From IMG/VR virus record IMGVR_UViG_3300033417_000045, positions 1 to 26,365 of that record: a stretch of 26,365 nucleotides of DNA; one strand, 5' to 3'. Within the stretch, counting starts at the first letter, position 1. Every line of letters begins with the position of its first letter. Below the pieces are notes generated by a model that was given only the letters and a program-made list of their open reading frames with translations, was not told where the DNA came from and ran no database searches. This stretch comes from a virus. Lineage: Duplodnaviria; Caudoviricetes. A program made the position numbers and the translations under genes. Of this stretch, positions 7,929 through 15,748 are shown one piece after another.

Positions 7929-8483
7929 ATGCGATTCAAGGTAGCGAAAGGTTGCTCGATCATCGATAGAGGTCGCGTCTTGCACAAGGCCGGCTCGCTC
8001 ATCACCACGGACAAGCACATGACCAAGGCCGACTGCGAAGGCCACGTCAAGAGTGGACACCTGATCCCCGTGGCCGAAGCCGCCGACCCGACGCCGGGAG
8101 ATGCGAACCTCCTCGTCGAGAACGCCCCCGGCGTCCAGACCCCGACTCCGCTCAAGAGCAGCGAGGACGAGAAGGACCAGGTCAGGACCAACGCAGTGAA
8201 AGTCGAGTCGGGCATCACGAAGATCGAGACGCTCCCGGAGAAGAAAGTTCAGCAGGTTAAGACGCTGTGGAACTTCGATCCGAAGCGGATCGCCAAGAAA
8301 GGCGTGGACGAACTCAACGTGATGATCCTCGAACGCGACGACAAGGTCGTGCCCTTCGAGACGAAGGAAGAAGCACTCGCGTTTATGACTCAGGACACGG
8401 GCAAGGAAGGCAGGGACATGGTCGTCACGCAGACCGGCCCGACCAGCGAGAAGACCGAGAACCGTGTCGCCACTGCCGACTAA
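7929..8483 (+). CDS. Hypothetical head-associated protein, 184 aa (position of lambda FI / Mu gp35)
   Basis: ATG at 7929 with GAAAGGA RBS. Short N-terminal beta domain, P/T/E-rich linker and a small helical C-terminal domain (FETKEEALAFM). Function inferred from position only. Confidence 0.7.
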   Translation: MRFKVAKGCSIIDRGRVLHKAGSLITTDKHMTKADCEGHVKSGHLIPVAEAADPTPGDANLLVENAPGVQTPTPLKSSEDEKDQVRTNAVKVESGITKIETLPEKKVQQVKTLWNFDPKRIAKKGVDELNVMILERDDKVVPFETKEEALAFMTQDTGKEGRDMVVTQTGPTSEKTENRVATAD

Positions 8484-8527
8484 CCGCAGGAAGCAAACCG
8501 GGCCAGGGACGGCCTTGAGGAAAAACA

Positions 8528-9052
8528 ATGAGCGTCGCACCGCTTTTCAACGCTGACATGGAATCGCTGAAGTCCAAACTTCGGCTCAGCGGCGCGAAGT
8601 CGAACGACGCTCAGGCATTGATCGAGACCGCCGTCCAGGACGCACGAGTCGGATTTTACGATCGGCTCGGATCAAGCAGAATCGCCGAGATTGTCGGCTA
8701 CGGCCTGGACAACGCCCCGACCACGACGAACGGCCTGCTTCGACTCAAGGCTGCGAATACGGAAGTGAAGTGGGTCCGAGCCTTACTCATACGATCGATG
8801 CCGAGTTTGTTCATCGACGGATCCCAGGCTGCGGCCTTGAAGGCATGGAACGAAGAGGGTCTGACCCGCAACGCAGGGCAGTCCGAATTGAACCGAGAAG
8901 TGGAACGGCTGATGACGGAAGTCGATCTCGCCCTCGCGGGCATGGAGACCGGCACCCCGGAGGAGGGAGAAAACTCCGTCAGCCTGATAGGCCCGGATGA
9001 AACGCAACCGAGTCCGTTCGAGTCGATTACCCCGAGTACGCAATGGGTCTGA
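8528..9052 (+). CDS. Putative head-tail adaptor protein
   Basis: GAGGA RBS. LKSKLRL...DAQALIETAVQDA resembles the N-terminus of gp6/gp15/gp36-type adaptors. Position after capsid. Confidence 0.6.
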   Translation: MSVAPLFNADMESLKSKLRLSGAKSNDAQALIETAVQDARVGFYDRLGSSRIAEIVGYGLDNAPTTTNGLLRLKAANTEVKWVRALLIRSMPSLFIDGSQAAALKAWNEEGLTRNAGQSELNREVERLMTEVDLALAGMETGTPEEGENSVSLIGPDETQPSPFESITPSTQWV

Positions 9053-9066
9053 AGCAATGGGTCTGA
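9040..9066 (+). repeat. Tandem 13-bp duplication GCAATGGGTCTGA (9040-9052, 9054-9066)
   Basis: Read directly. Copy 1 supplies the upstream stop and copy 2 the downstream start. Confidence 0.9.
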
Positions 9067-9488
9067 CACGAAGAACCCGGATCCAGAACGCCCTCGTGAC
9101 GCTCGCGAACTCGACGGACTTCCACCCGGTTCAGTACGCAGACGACGGCACGGCAAGCACGCTGGACTCGACGACCGTTCGCCCTGGGATCGCCATCGCG
9201 AACGAGATCACGGCCCGGTACGAGAGAGACAAGCGGGACGGCCGCAGTCTGACGCGAACGAAAACGAGTTGGGTCTTCCAACTCATCATGCGGTTCGAGT
9301 GTGAAGTCTCCCTCGAAGAGTTCGAGGAAAGTCTTCAAGACAATCCCCCGGTCGTGCAGGACGACGACGGAAAGCAGATCGCATTGCTTGAGATTCTCGG
9401 GATGGACGTAATTCATCCCGTGCAGCAGAACGCGGAAAACGGAACTGAAGCGAAGATCAATTTCGAAGCCTTTACCGGCAGAGGATAA
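9057..9488 (+). CDS. Putative tail terminator / tail completion protein, 143 aa
   Basis: Directly upstream of the tail tube gene. N-terminal helix RTRIQNALVTL then alternating beta strands. Size typical of lambda gpU/SPP1 gp17 class. Start moved from 8997 to 9057. Confidence 0.6.
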   Translation: MGLTRRTRIQNALVTLANSTDFHPVQYADDGTASTLDSTTVRPGIAIANEITARYERDKRDGRSLTRTKTSWVFQLIMRFECEVSLEEFEESLQDNPPVVQDDDGKQIALLEILGMDVIHPVQQNAENGTEAKINFEAFTGRG

Positions 9489-9499
9489 GGAGATCCAAC

Positions 9500-10336
9500 A
9501 TGGCAGGCCCCAACACCACCGGCACCCCGAACACGGAAGACTACAACCTCGGTCGCGGCAAGCTGTATTTCAGCGCGCTCACGGCCAGCCTGCCCGGCGC
9601 ATGGCGGGACATGGGCAACTGCCCCGAGTTCAACCTCTCGATCGAAGTCGAGACGCTGGAGCATCAATCCAGCCGCGAAGGTCTCAAGGTCGTAGACAAG
9701 GAAGTCACGATCTCGCAGAAGCTCACTTGCACCTTCACGCTCGACGAAGTGAACGACGAGAACCTGGCCGCGATCTTCTCCGGCGAGAAGGCGTCGTACA
9801 CGAACGCGGCCGTCGCGGGGTTCGCTTCATACGAGGCCATCGAGAGCGTCGAACTCGGTCGCTGGTACGAGATCAAGGACTCCAACGGCGTCCGTGCCTA
9901 CGACATCGACACGGCCGACCTGGACGTGGACAACGGCACCGACGACACGGACTGCGTTGAGGGCACCGACTACACCCTGAACCTCGACATGGGCCTGATC
10001 TTCTTCCACTCCGATGCCACGGGCATCGTGGCCGGCGAGGCGGTGGACCTGACCCTGACCGCCGATGCCGGCGCCAAGGAAGTTCACGAGGTTCGCGGTC
10101 TGACCCAGACCGGCGTCGTGGGTGCGCTGAAGTTCGTCAGCGAGAACCCCGCCAACAACGACAAGATGACCGAGTTCAACTTCCACAAGATCACGCTCAA
10201 GGGCGACGGCGACTTCAGCCTGATCGGCGACGACTGGACGCAGATGCCGTTCACCGCCGCGGCAGAGAAGAACGAGACGGCCTCGCCCGACTCCCCGACC
10301 CTGACCATCCGCACGGTCGGCACCGCCCCTGCCTAA
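9500..10336 (+). CDS. Major tail tube protein
   Basis: YNLGRGKLYF, MGNCPEFNLSIEVETLEHQSSREGLKVVD, FTLDE..ENLA, LKGDGDFSLIGDDW. AAGGAG RBS, biased codons, terminator follows. Confidence 0.88.
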   Translation: MAGPNTTGTPNTEDYNLGRGKLYFSALTASLPGAWRDMGNCPEFNLSIEVETLEHQSSREGLKVVDKEVTISQKLTCTFTLDEVNDENLAAIFSGEKASYTNAAVAGFASYEAIESVELGRWYEIKDSNGVRAYDIDTADLDVDNGTDDTDCVEGTDYTLNLDMGLIFFHSDATGIVAGEAVDLTLTADAGAKEVHEVRGLTQTGVVGALKFVSENPANNDKMTEFNFHKITLKGDGDFSLIGDDWTQMPFTAAAEKNETASPDSPTLTIRTVGTAPA

Positions 10337-10361
10337 TCGCGGACCCTCCCCAGATCACATC

Positions 10362-10393
10362 GAGGGGCCGTTTAACGACGGCCCCTCTTTTTT
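10362..10393 (+). terminator. Rho-independent terminator after the tail tube gene
   Basis: GAGGGGCCGT-TTAACG-ACGGCCCCTC perfect 10-bp stem plus TTTTTT. Confidence 0.9.
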
Positions 10394-10420
10394 ACCAACC
10401 CGCTCTCGAAAGGATCAAAC

Positions 10421-11068
10421 ATGGCTTGGAAAGAAAAGATGTCGTTCATCGCCCCGCAGGCAACTCCGCATCGCGTGCAGGGGCAGGAGTTCAATTTCTA
10501 CCCCGTCAGCCTCGCGACGATGTTCAAGCTGCGAGGCGCGGCCAAGTCCATCGCCAAGGCTCTGGCAACCATCTTCAACGGCAACGCCTCGGACAACGGG
10601 TCCGTCCACCGGCAGATCGCCAACGAGCACAAGTCGTTCGACACCGAGACGGTTGTTGAGGCCGTCGCCGCCGATGTCATCAAACTCCGCCACGAGCAGC
10701 GAGTCGAAGCGTTCCAGAACGTCGTCGAGACGCTCATGGACGAAGCGAACCTCGTCGTGCTCGGCGAGCTCATCATCGACTCCCTCCGCGATGTCTTCCC
10801 CAAGGAAGCCCGCAGCGAGTGGCCTCCCGCCAAGGAGTTCATCACCGCCACCGAAGGCCCGGCCCTCGTGGACATGATCGTGGGCGTGGCCAAGGCCAAT
10901 AAGGGTCTCTTCGGCCCTTTAGTGGGAAAGGCCGGAGCAACCTGGAGCAAGGTCGCAAAGGTCATGGAAAGCAAGCTGGCCGAGACGCTCAACGAGACGG
11001 ATGGCGAGACCTCCAGGACCAAATCGTCTGGGTCGTCGAACGAGGCCACCCTTCCCCCGAAGTCCTGA
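10421..11068 (+). CDS. Tail assembly chaperone (lambda gpG analogue)
   Basis: Between tail tube and tape measure genes, GAAAGGA RBS, contains in-frame slippery sequences. Confidence 0.8.
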   Translation: MAWKEKMSFIAPQATPHRVQGQEFNFYPVSLATMFKLRGAAKSIAKALATIFNGNASDNGSVHRQIANEHKSFDTETVVEAVAADVIKLRHEQRVEAFQNVVETLMDEANLVVLGELIIDSLRDVFPKEARSEWPPAKEFITATEGPALVDMIVGVAKANKGLFGPLVGKAGATWSKVAKVMESKLAETLNETDGETSRTKSSGSSNEATLPPKS

Positions 11069-11286
11069 GCCTCGACCTCGCGTCCTTCAACGACCTGCAC
11101 GAGACCTGCCGGCGTCTGCACGCCCTGGAACGCATGGAGACCTCGTGGACGGCCATGCTGGCGGCTCAGGGCCAGGGCAAGGACATGAAGAAGTGGGTCG
11201 AGCAGTGGAAGCCCTACCTTGACGAATACAAGGACGCGGGCGGCGGAGCGGATGCGTTCGTGAGGAAATACGGCTCGGGCATCTGA
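10421..11286 (+). CDS. Tail assembly chaperone GT fusion via -1 programmed ribosomal frameshift (about 288 aa)
   Basis: The -1 frame is open from 10903 to TGA at 11284-11286 (…GWRDLQDQIVWVVERGHPSPEVLSLDLASFNDLHETCRRLHALERMETSWTAMLAAQG…KYGSGI) and fills the gap to the tape measure gene. Not in ORF track. Confidence 0.8.
10915..10930 (+). other. Tandem -1 frameshift heptamers C CCT TTA (10915-10921) and G GGA AAG (10924-10930)
   Basis: Both fit X XXY YYZ in the gpG reading frame. GGGAAAG is the lambda G/T slippery sequence. Confidence 0.8.
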
Positions 11287-11299
11287 CGGAGGAAGCGAC

Positions 11300-14200
11300 G
11301 TGTCAGTAGATCGTGGCGGTCTTCAATACTCGATCAACATCGACGGCAACTACCGCAAGAGCCTTCAGGAGTTTCGCTCCGGGATCTCGGAAGCCAAGCG
11401 ATCCCTCGACTCGCTCAAGGGTCGCGGTTCGGGTTCTCCCTCACGTCGCCTCTCGTCAGATCAGCGGGCAGCCCTCTCGAACGAATCCCTCATCGCCAGG
11501 GCCAAGGAGCGTAACGCTGTCGAGCTAGGCAAGGTCGAGCAGCGAGAGGCCCGCAACCGCATCTCGCGTCTCAGGGAAAGCCTCCGTGCCCGCAAGGGTC
11601 TAGAGGTCGGGGGAGAGACCGACATCGCCAGGGCCAGGGAGAGGGTCGCTATCGCTGCTCGTCGTCGCGAGGAGCGAGAGCAAGCCGCAACGGCCCGTCG
11701 CCTCAAGAAAAACATCCAGGAGCGGCAGGCGGCACAGGTACAAGCGGAGCAGCAAATCGCCAGGGCGAGAGAACGGGCAGCCATCTCCACCCAGAAAGCG
11801 GCCCAGAAAGAAGAGCAGGCACGCATCCGCCAGAACCGCGACGCGGCCAAGCGAACCTTCGCACCGACCGAAGACGATCTCCGCAAGCAGAAGGCCCTCA
11901 CCCAGATCAATCGCGTGCTCGGCGAACAGGCCCTCTTGCAGGAGAAGGTCAACGCCATCAATGCCAAGGGCGTCCGGCTCACAGAGCAACAGGCCCGTAC
12001 CCTTGGCGTGGGTCTGGGTGATCGAGGGCAAGCGGTCCTGCCCAACTCCGCTCCCGCGAGGCAGACGCTTAAACAGCGAATCGCCGATTTCCTCGGGATT
12101 TCCAAGTCCGCGGATCAGGCCGAGGGGTCGGTCAACCGCATCGCTTTTACATTCCGTCGCCTCTTCGGCATCCTCGCGGCGTTCACGATCGCCCGTCAGG
12201 TCGCGGCCGGCACGTTCGGCCTCATCCGCGACATGATCAAGTTCAACGCGCAGCTTGAGCAATCTCAACTCGGCATCGCATCAGTGCTGCTGGCCGTGGG
12301 CGAGGTTCGTGACGCCACGGGACAAACGGTCGTCGCATCGCAGGGCCTCGCGATCGCCCAAGGCGAAGCCCGTCGTCAGACCGAACTTCTCCGCAAGGAC
12401 GCCGTGCGCACCGCGGCGACGTTCACGGACCTTCTCACGACGTTCCAGGTCGCCATCGCCCCCGGCATCGAATCGGGCCTGAACATCGACGAGATCCGCC
12501 GCTTCACGGTTCAGATCAGCCAGGCGGCGTCGGCGATCGGTCTGGAGCAGAACCAGCTTGCCGAGGAAATCAGGTCGATCCTCACCGGCACCATCGCCGC
12601 CCGCACGACCCGCATCGCGACGGCCCTGGGCATCAACAACGAAGATATCCGCATCGCCCGCGAAGCCGGCGTCTTGTTCGAGTTTCTGCAAAAGCGATTT
12701 GAGGCGTTCTCAGTAGCCGGCGATGAGTCGCTGAACAACTTCAACACGATCCTGTCCAACATCCGAGACACGTTCCAACTGATCCTGTCCTCGGGCGGTC
12801 TGGACTTCTTCAACAAGCTGAAGGCGTTACTCAAAGACGTACTGGATTCGATGGCGACGCTGAACCCTCTGACCGGGGTCATCGAGCCTAACCCCCGCAT
12901 CGTCCAGATCATTCAAGCGTTCGCGTCCGGCCTCGGGGTTGTGGTCGATGAAGTCAGTCGCTTGCGGATCGCTTTGACGTTCGATGATGTGCTGACGATG
13001 TTCCGCGCACTCGGACAAGCGATCGGGTTCGCCGGCCGCATCGCGGGTAGGTTCATCGAAGGGGCCGTCAAGGGCCTGGGCGATGTCAGCCGCATCGTGA
13101 AGGTAGTCGTCCGCACGTTCCAAGACCTGACCGGCATCAAGCTGTTCGACAACGCCGTGCTAAATGACACCGTGATACTGCTGGTTCGATTCACGACGCT
13201 GCTCGTGGGCTTGTCGCTGGTTCTGGCCCCGTTCAAGTTCTTCGTGTTCACGCTGCTGCCTAAGGCCCTGTTCGGTATCAACAAACTGATCGTGGCCTTC
13301 AACGCTCTTGTGGCCTCGACCGCTCCTTTGATCGTCGCTATCAGATCGATCCTCGTCGCCTTCATCAGTTTTGAGATCGGCCGTTTCTTATTCGACGAGT
13401 TCAAGATCGTTCAGGAGATCGCCGCCGTTGCCATCAGTCTGTTCGAGAAGCTGTGGACTACCATCATCACGGGAGCCAAACTTGCAGGCAAGTCCCTGAA
13501 AGTCGTTGCTCAAGGTTTCGATCTCGGGGGAGTGGTCGTCGGAGTGGCCATCGCTCGTAAGATCGTAGGCGTGGAAGCTCCTGAAGGGGAGGGAGGTATT
13601 GCAGATGACTTCTCAGCAATCCTCAGCGAACACAAAAGCGAGTTCGACAAAATCAACGATGATTTATCCAAAAGATTCATCGAGATCGAGAAAGACTTCA
13701 AGGGCCAAGACCGTAAGGGCGGCAACTTCTTAGACTTTGTCAGGAAGGACATCGAGAGCGTCACCGATAAACTCTTCGGAGCGAAGGCTGCGGCCAACGA
13801 TTTTCTCAACGAGGGTAATGAGGGGGCACAGACCCTCAGCCGAACGCTTCTCAATCTGCCGGGCATCATCACTCAGAGTCGCGAGCCTCTGACCCAGAAC
13901 GCCAAGATCGTCAAGCAGATGCGTGACGAGCTTGAAAGGGTAAAGGACTCACTCCGCTTCGGCACCGACTCCCTCGGCCTCACGGGCGGCGTGCTGGAAC
14001 TGCGGCGTGCGTCCTTCGATGCGATGGTCGATATTCGCGAACGCACAAAAGTCCTCGACGATGAGGAGAAGGCGTCTCTCAAAGAATCCGCCGACCTAAC
14101 GCTCCAGCGAATCTCGATCGAATCCCGACTCTCTCGACTGACGACCGAACAGCGAGTGGCCGTGCAGCGTGGCGTCGAAGCCGCTCGTCGTCTCGCGGAC

Positions 14201-15748
14201 GTGCAGCGACAGATCGCTGAATCCGAGAATGAAGTGCAGATTAAAAAACTAGCCCTTGAGAAGACATCCCGTGAAGGCAACGACGAAACTGTAGCGACTG
14301 CGTGGGTGGGTCACTCCGCAGCAGTAGCAACCAACCACGTCCTCAAGGCCCGGCTCGTCACCGAGCAAGGTATCGCCGACTCGATCCTCGACGGCTTCGA
14401 CGACGCTTCGAGTCTCGTGGACCTGATCTCCGCACGGGTCCAGCTAGGGGGCCTGGAAGTCGCTCAGGCCGAACACCTCGCCGCCATCCGCCGCGACAGG
14501 GTCGGCATCGAGAAGCAAGTCAACGAGCAACTGGCCGGCCGGATCACATTGTTGGCACGGCAGCAGGCTTTCGAGGCGCAGCAGGAAATCCGCCGCGCGA
14601 CGGTGGACCTGGAAAACCTCCGCGAGATCTCGACCGCTCGCCGGCCCGGCGCCCCGCGAGAAGCCCTGGACCTTGCCGACCGCAAGGCCGATGTCCGTCT
14701 GCTCCAACTCGCCGTGTCCGAAGCCGAACAGTCGCGTCGCACCGAAGAGGATAAGCTGAAGCTGACCCTTCAGGAAGCTCAGGCCCGCCAAGCCTCCCTC
14801 GCCGCCGAAGTCGCGATGAGTGGAGGACTCTCCCTCAACGCGAAGCTGTTGCAGCAGATGGCGTCTGAGGCCCGGACCCTCACCGACCTCGAAGAACTCC
14901 AGAACGTCACGCTCCAGAAGAACAACATCCATCGCGAAATCGAAAGGATTCAGCAACAAGAGGCCCTGGCCGACCTTGAACGTGCCCGCCTGATCGTCGA
15001 GAAACCCGTCCAAGCCGGCATCCTCGTGGCCTTGGAGAATCTGGACATCTCCCGGTTCGAGGCCACGCTACGGACGATGGAGAATCTTGTCTCATCCTTT
15101 GCCGACTTCGCGAGCTCTGCCATCGCCGACGCTTTCGACCCGAGCAAGGATGTGGACATCCGAGAACGGTTCCGCCTGCTCCTGGTCGGCATCGGCCAAG
15201 ACATCCTCCGCATGTTCTTCCAAGCGGCAGCGGTCAAGGCCGCTCTGGGCCTCAGCGGCATCTTCGGCGGGTTCAACGCGGGCGGAGAGGTCAAGGGCTT
15301 CAACCGAGGTGGTCCCGTGCCGCACGCCAAGGCCAAGGGCTACGCTCGCGGGGGACGGCCCTCGGGGCTGCATCCGAGCGACACGATCCCGATCTGGACG
15401 GCACCCGGCGAATGGGTCATCCGTCGCAGCAGCGCGGGCATGTACGGCTCTGGCGTGATGTCAGCCATCAACGACGGCCTCATCGATCCGACGAGCCTCC
15501 AGGCCCTCGCCAGCGTCTCCTCGGCCTCGAAATCGAAGTCCTCCCCACGGCTCGGCTACGCGGACGGCGGCAGAATCAACGTCCCTGCCTCCTCGCCCGC
15601 GTCCTCGCCTTCCGGCCCGACCCTCGCCGTCATCGCCCCGAGCGAAGAAAACGTCGGCCGGTTGCTTCGTGGTGGTCGCGCCGAAGTGCTCCGATTCTTC
15701 GAGGACAACGCCGACGCCCTCAACAGCATCCTTGGACAGCGAAGCTAA
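11300..15748 (+). CDS. Tail tape measure protein, 1482 aa
   Basis: Longest ORF, downstream of G/GT, GTG start with GGAGG RBS. Ala/Leu/Glu/Arg-rich helices, central hydrophobic segments, C-terminal FNAGG/YARGG..SDTIPIW..PGEWVIR motif. Confidence 0.95.
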   Translation: MSVDRGGLQYSINIDGNYRKSLQEFRSGISEAKRSLDSLKGRGSGSPSRRLSSDQRAALSNESLIARAKERNAVELGKVEQREARNRISRLRESLRARKGLEVGGETDIARARERVAIAARRREEREQAATARRLKKNIQERQAAQVQAEQQIARARERAAISTQKAAQKEEQARIRQNRDAAKRTFAPTEDDLRKQKALTQINRVLGEQALLQEKVNAINAKGVRLTEQQARTLGVGLGDRGQAVLPNSAPARQTLKQRIADFLGISKSADQAEGSVNRIAFTFRRLFGILAAFTIARQVAAGTFGLIRDMIKFNAQLEQSQLGIASVLLAVGEVRDATGQTVVASQGLAIAQGEARRQTELLRKDAVRTAATFTDLLTTFQVAIAPGIESGLNIDEIRRFTVQISQAASAIGLEQNQLAEEIRSILTGTIAARTTRIATALGINNEDIRIAREAGVLFEFLQKRFEAFSVAGDESLNNFNTILSNIRDTFQLILSSGGLDFFNKLKALLKDVLDSMATLNPLTGVIEPNPRIVQIIQAFASGLGVVVDEVSRLRIALTFDDVLTMFRALGQAIGFAGRIAGRFIEGAVKGLGDVSRIVKVVVRTFQDLTGIKLFDNAVLNDTVILLVRFTTLLVGLSLVLAPFKFFVFTLLPKALFGINKLIVAFNALVASTAPLIVAIRSILVAFISFEIGRFLFDEFKIVQEIAAVAISLFEKLWTTIITGAKLAGKSLKVVAQGFDLGGVVVGVAIARKIVGVEAPEGEGGIADDFSAILSEHKSEFDKINDDLSKRFIEIEKDFKGQDRKGGNFLDFVRKDIESVTDKLFGAKAAANDFLNEGNEGAQTLSRTLLNLPGIITQSREPLTQNAKIVKQMRDELERVKDSLRFGTDSLGLTGGVLELRRASFDAMVDIRERTKVLDDEEKASLKESADLTLQRISIESRLSRLTTEQRVAVQRGVEAARRLADVQRQIAESENEVQIKKLALEKTSREGNDETVATAWVGHSAAVATNHVLKARLVTEQGIADSILDGFDDASSLVDLISARVQLGGLEVAQAEHLAAIRRDRVGIEKQVNEQLAGRITLLARQQAFEAQQEIRRATVDLENLREISTARRPGAPREALDLADRKADVRLLQLAVSEAEQSRRTEEDKLKLTLQEAQARQASLAAEVAMSGGLSLNAKLLQQMASEARTLTDLEELQNVTLQKNNIHREIERIQQQEALADLERARLIVEKPVQAGILVALENLDISRFEATLRTMENLVSSFADFASSAIADAFDPSKDVDIRERFRLLLVGIGQDILRMFFQAAAVKAALGLSGIFGGFNAGGEVKGFNRGGPVPHAKAKGYARGGRPSGLHPSDTIPIWTAPGEWVIRRSSAGMYGSGVMSAINDGLIDPTSLQALASVSSASKSKSSPRLGYADGGRINVPASSPASSPSGPTLAVIAPSEENVGRLLRGGRAEVLRFFEDNADALNSILGQRS

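Noticed and set aside
5213-8540. Long antisense ORFs (e.g. 6776-8218, 480 aa; 5926-6984, 352 aa; similar ones at 19267-20301 and 24286-25401)
   Set aside because: They mirror strongly GC3-biased real genes, which suppresses stops on the opposite strand. No RBS or recognisable motifs.
15412-15747. N-terminal extensions in the ORF track (starts 834, 7884, 8997, 15412, 18778, 20700, 25785)
   Set aside because: They overlap upstream genes or a terminator. Downstream ATGs have an RBS or stop-start coupling.
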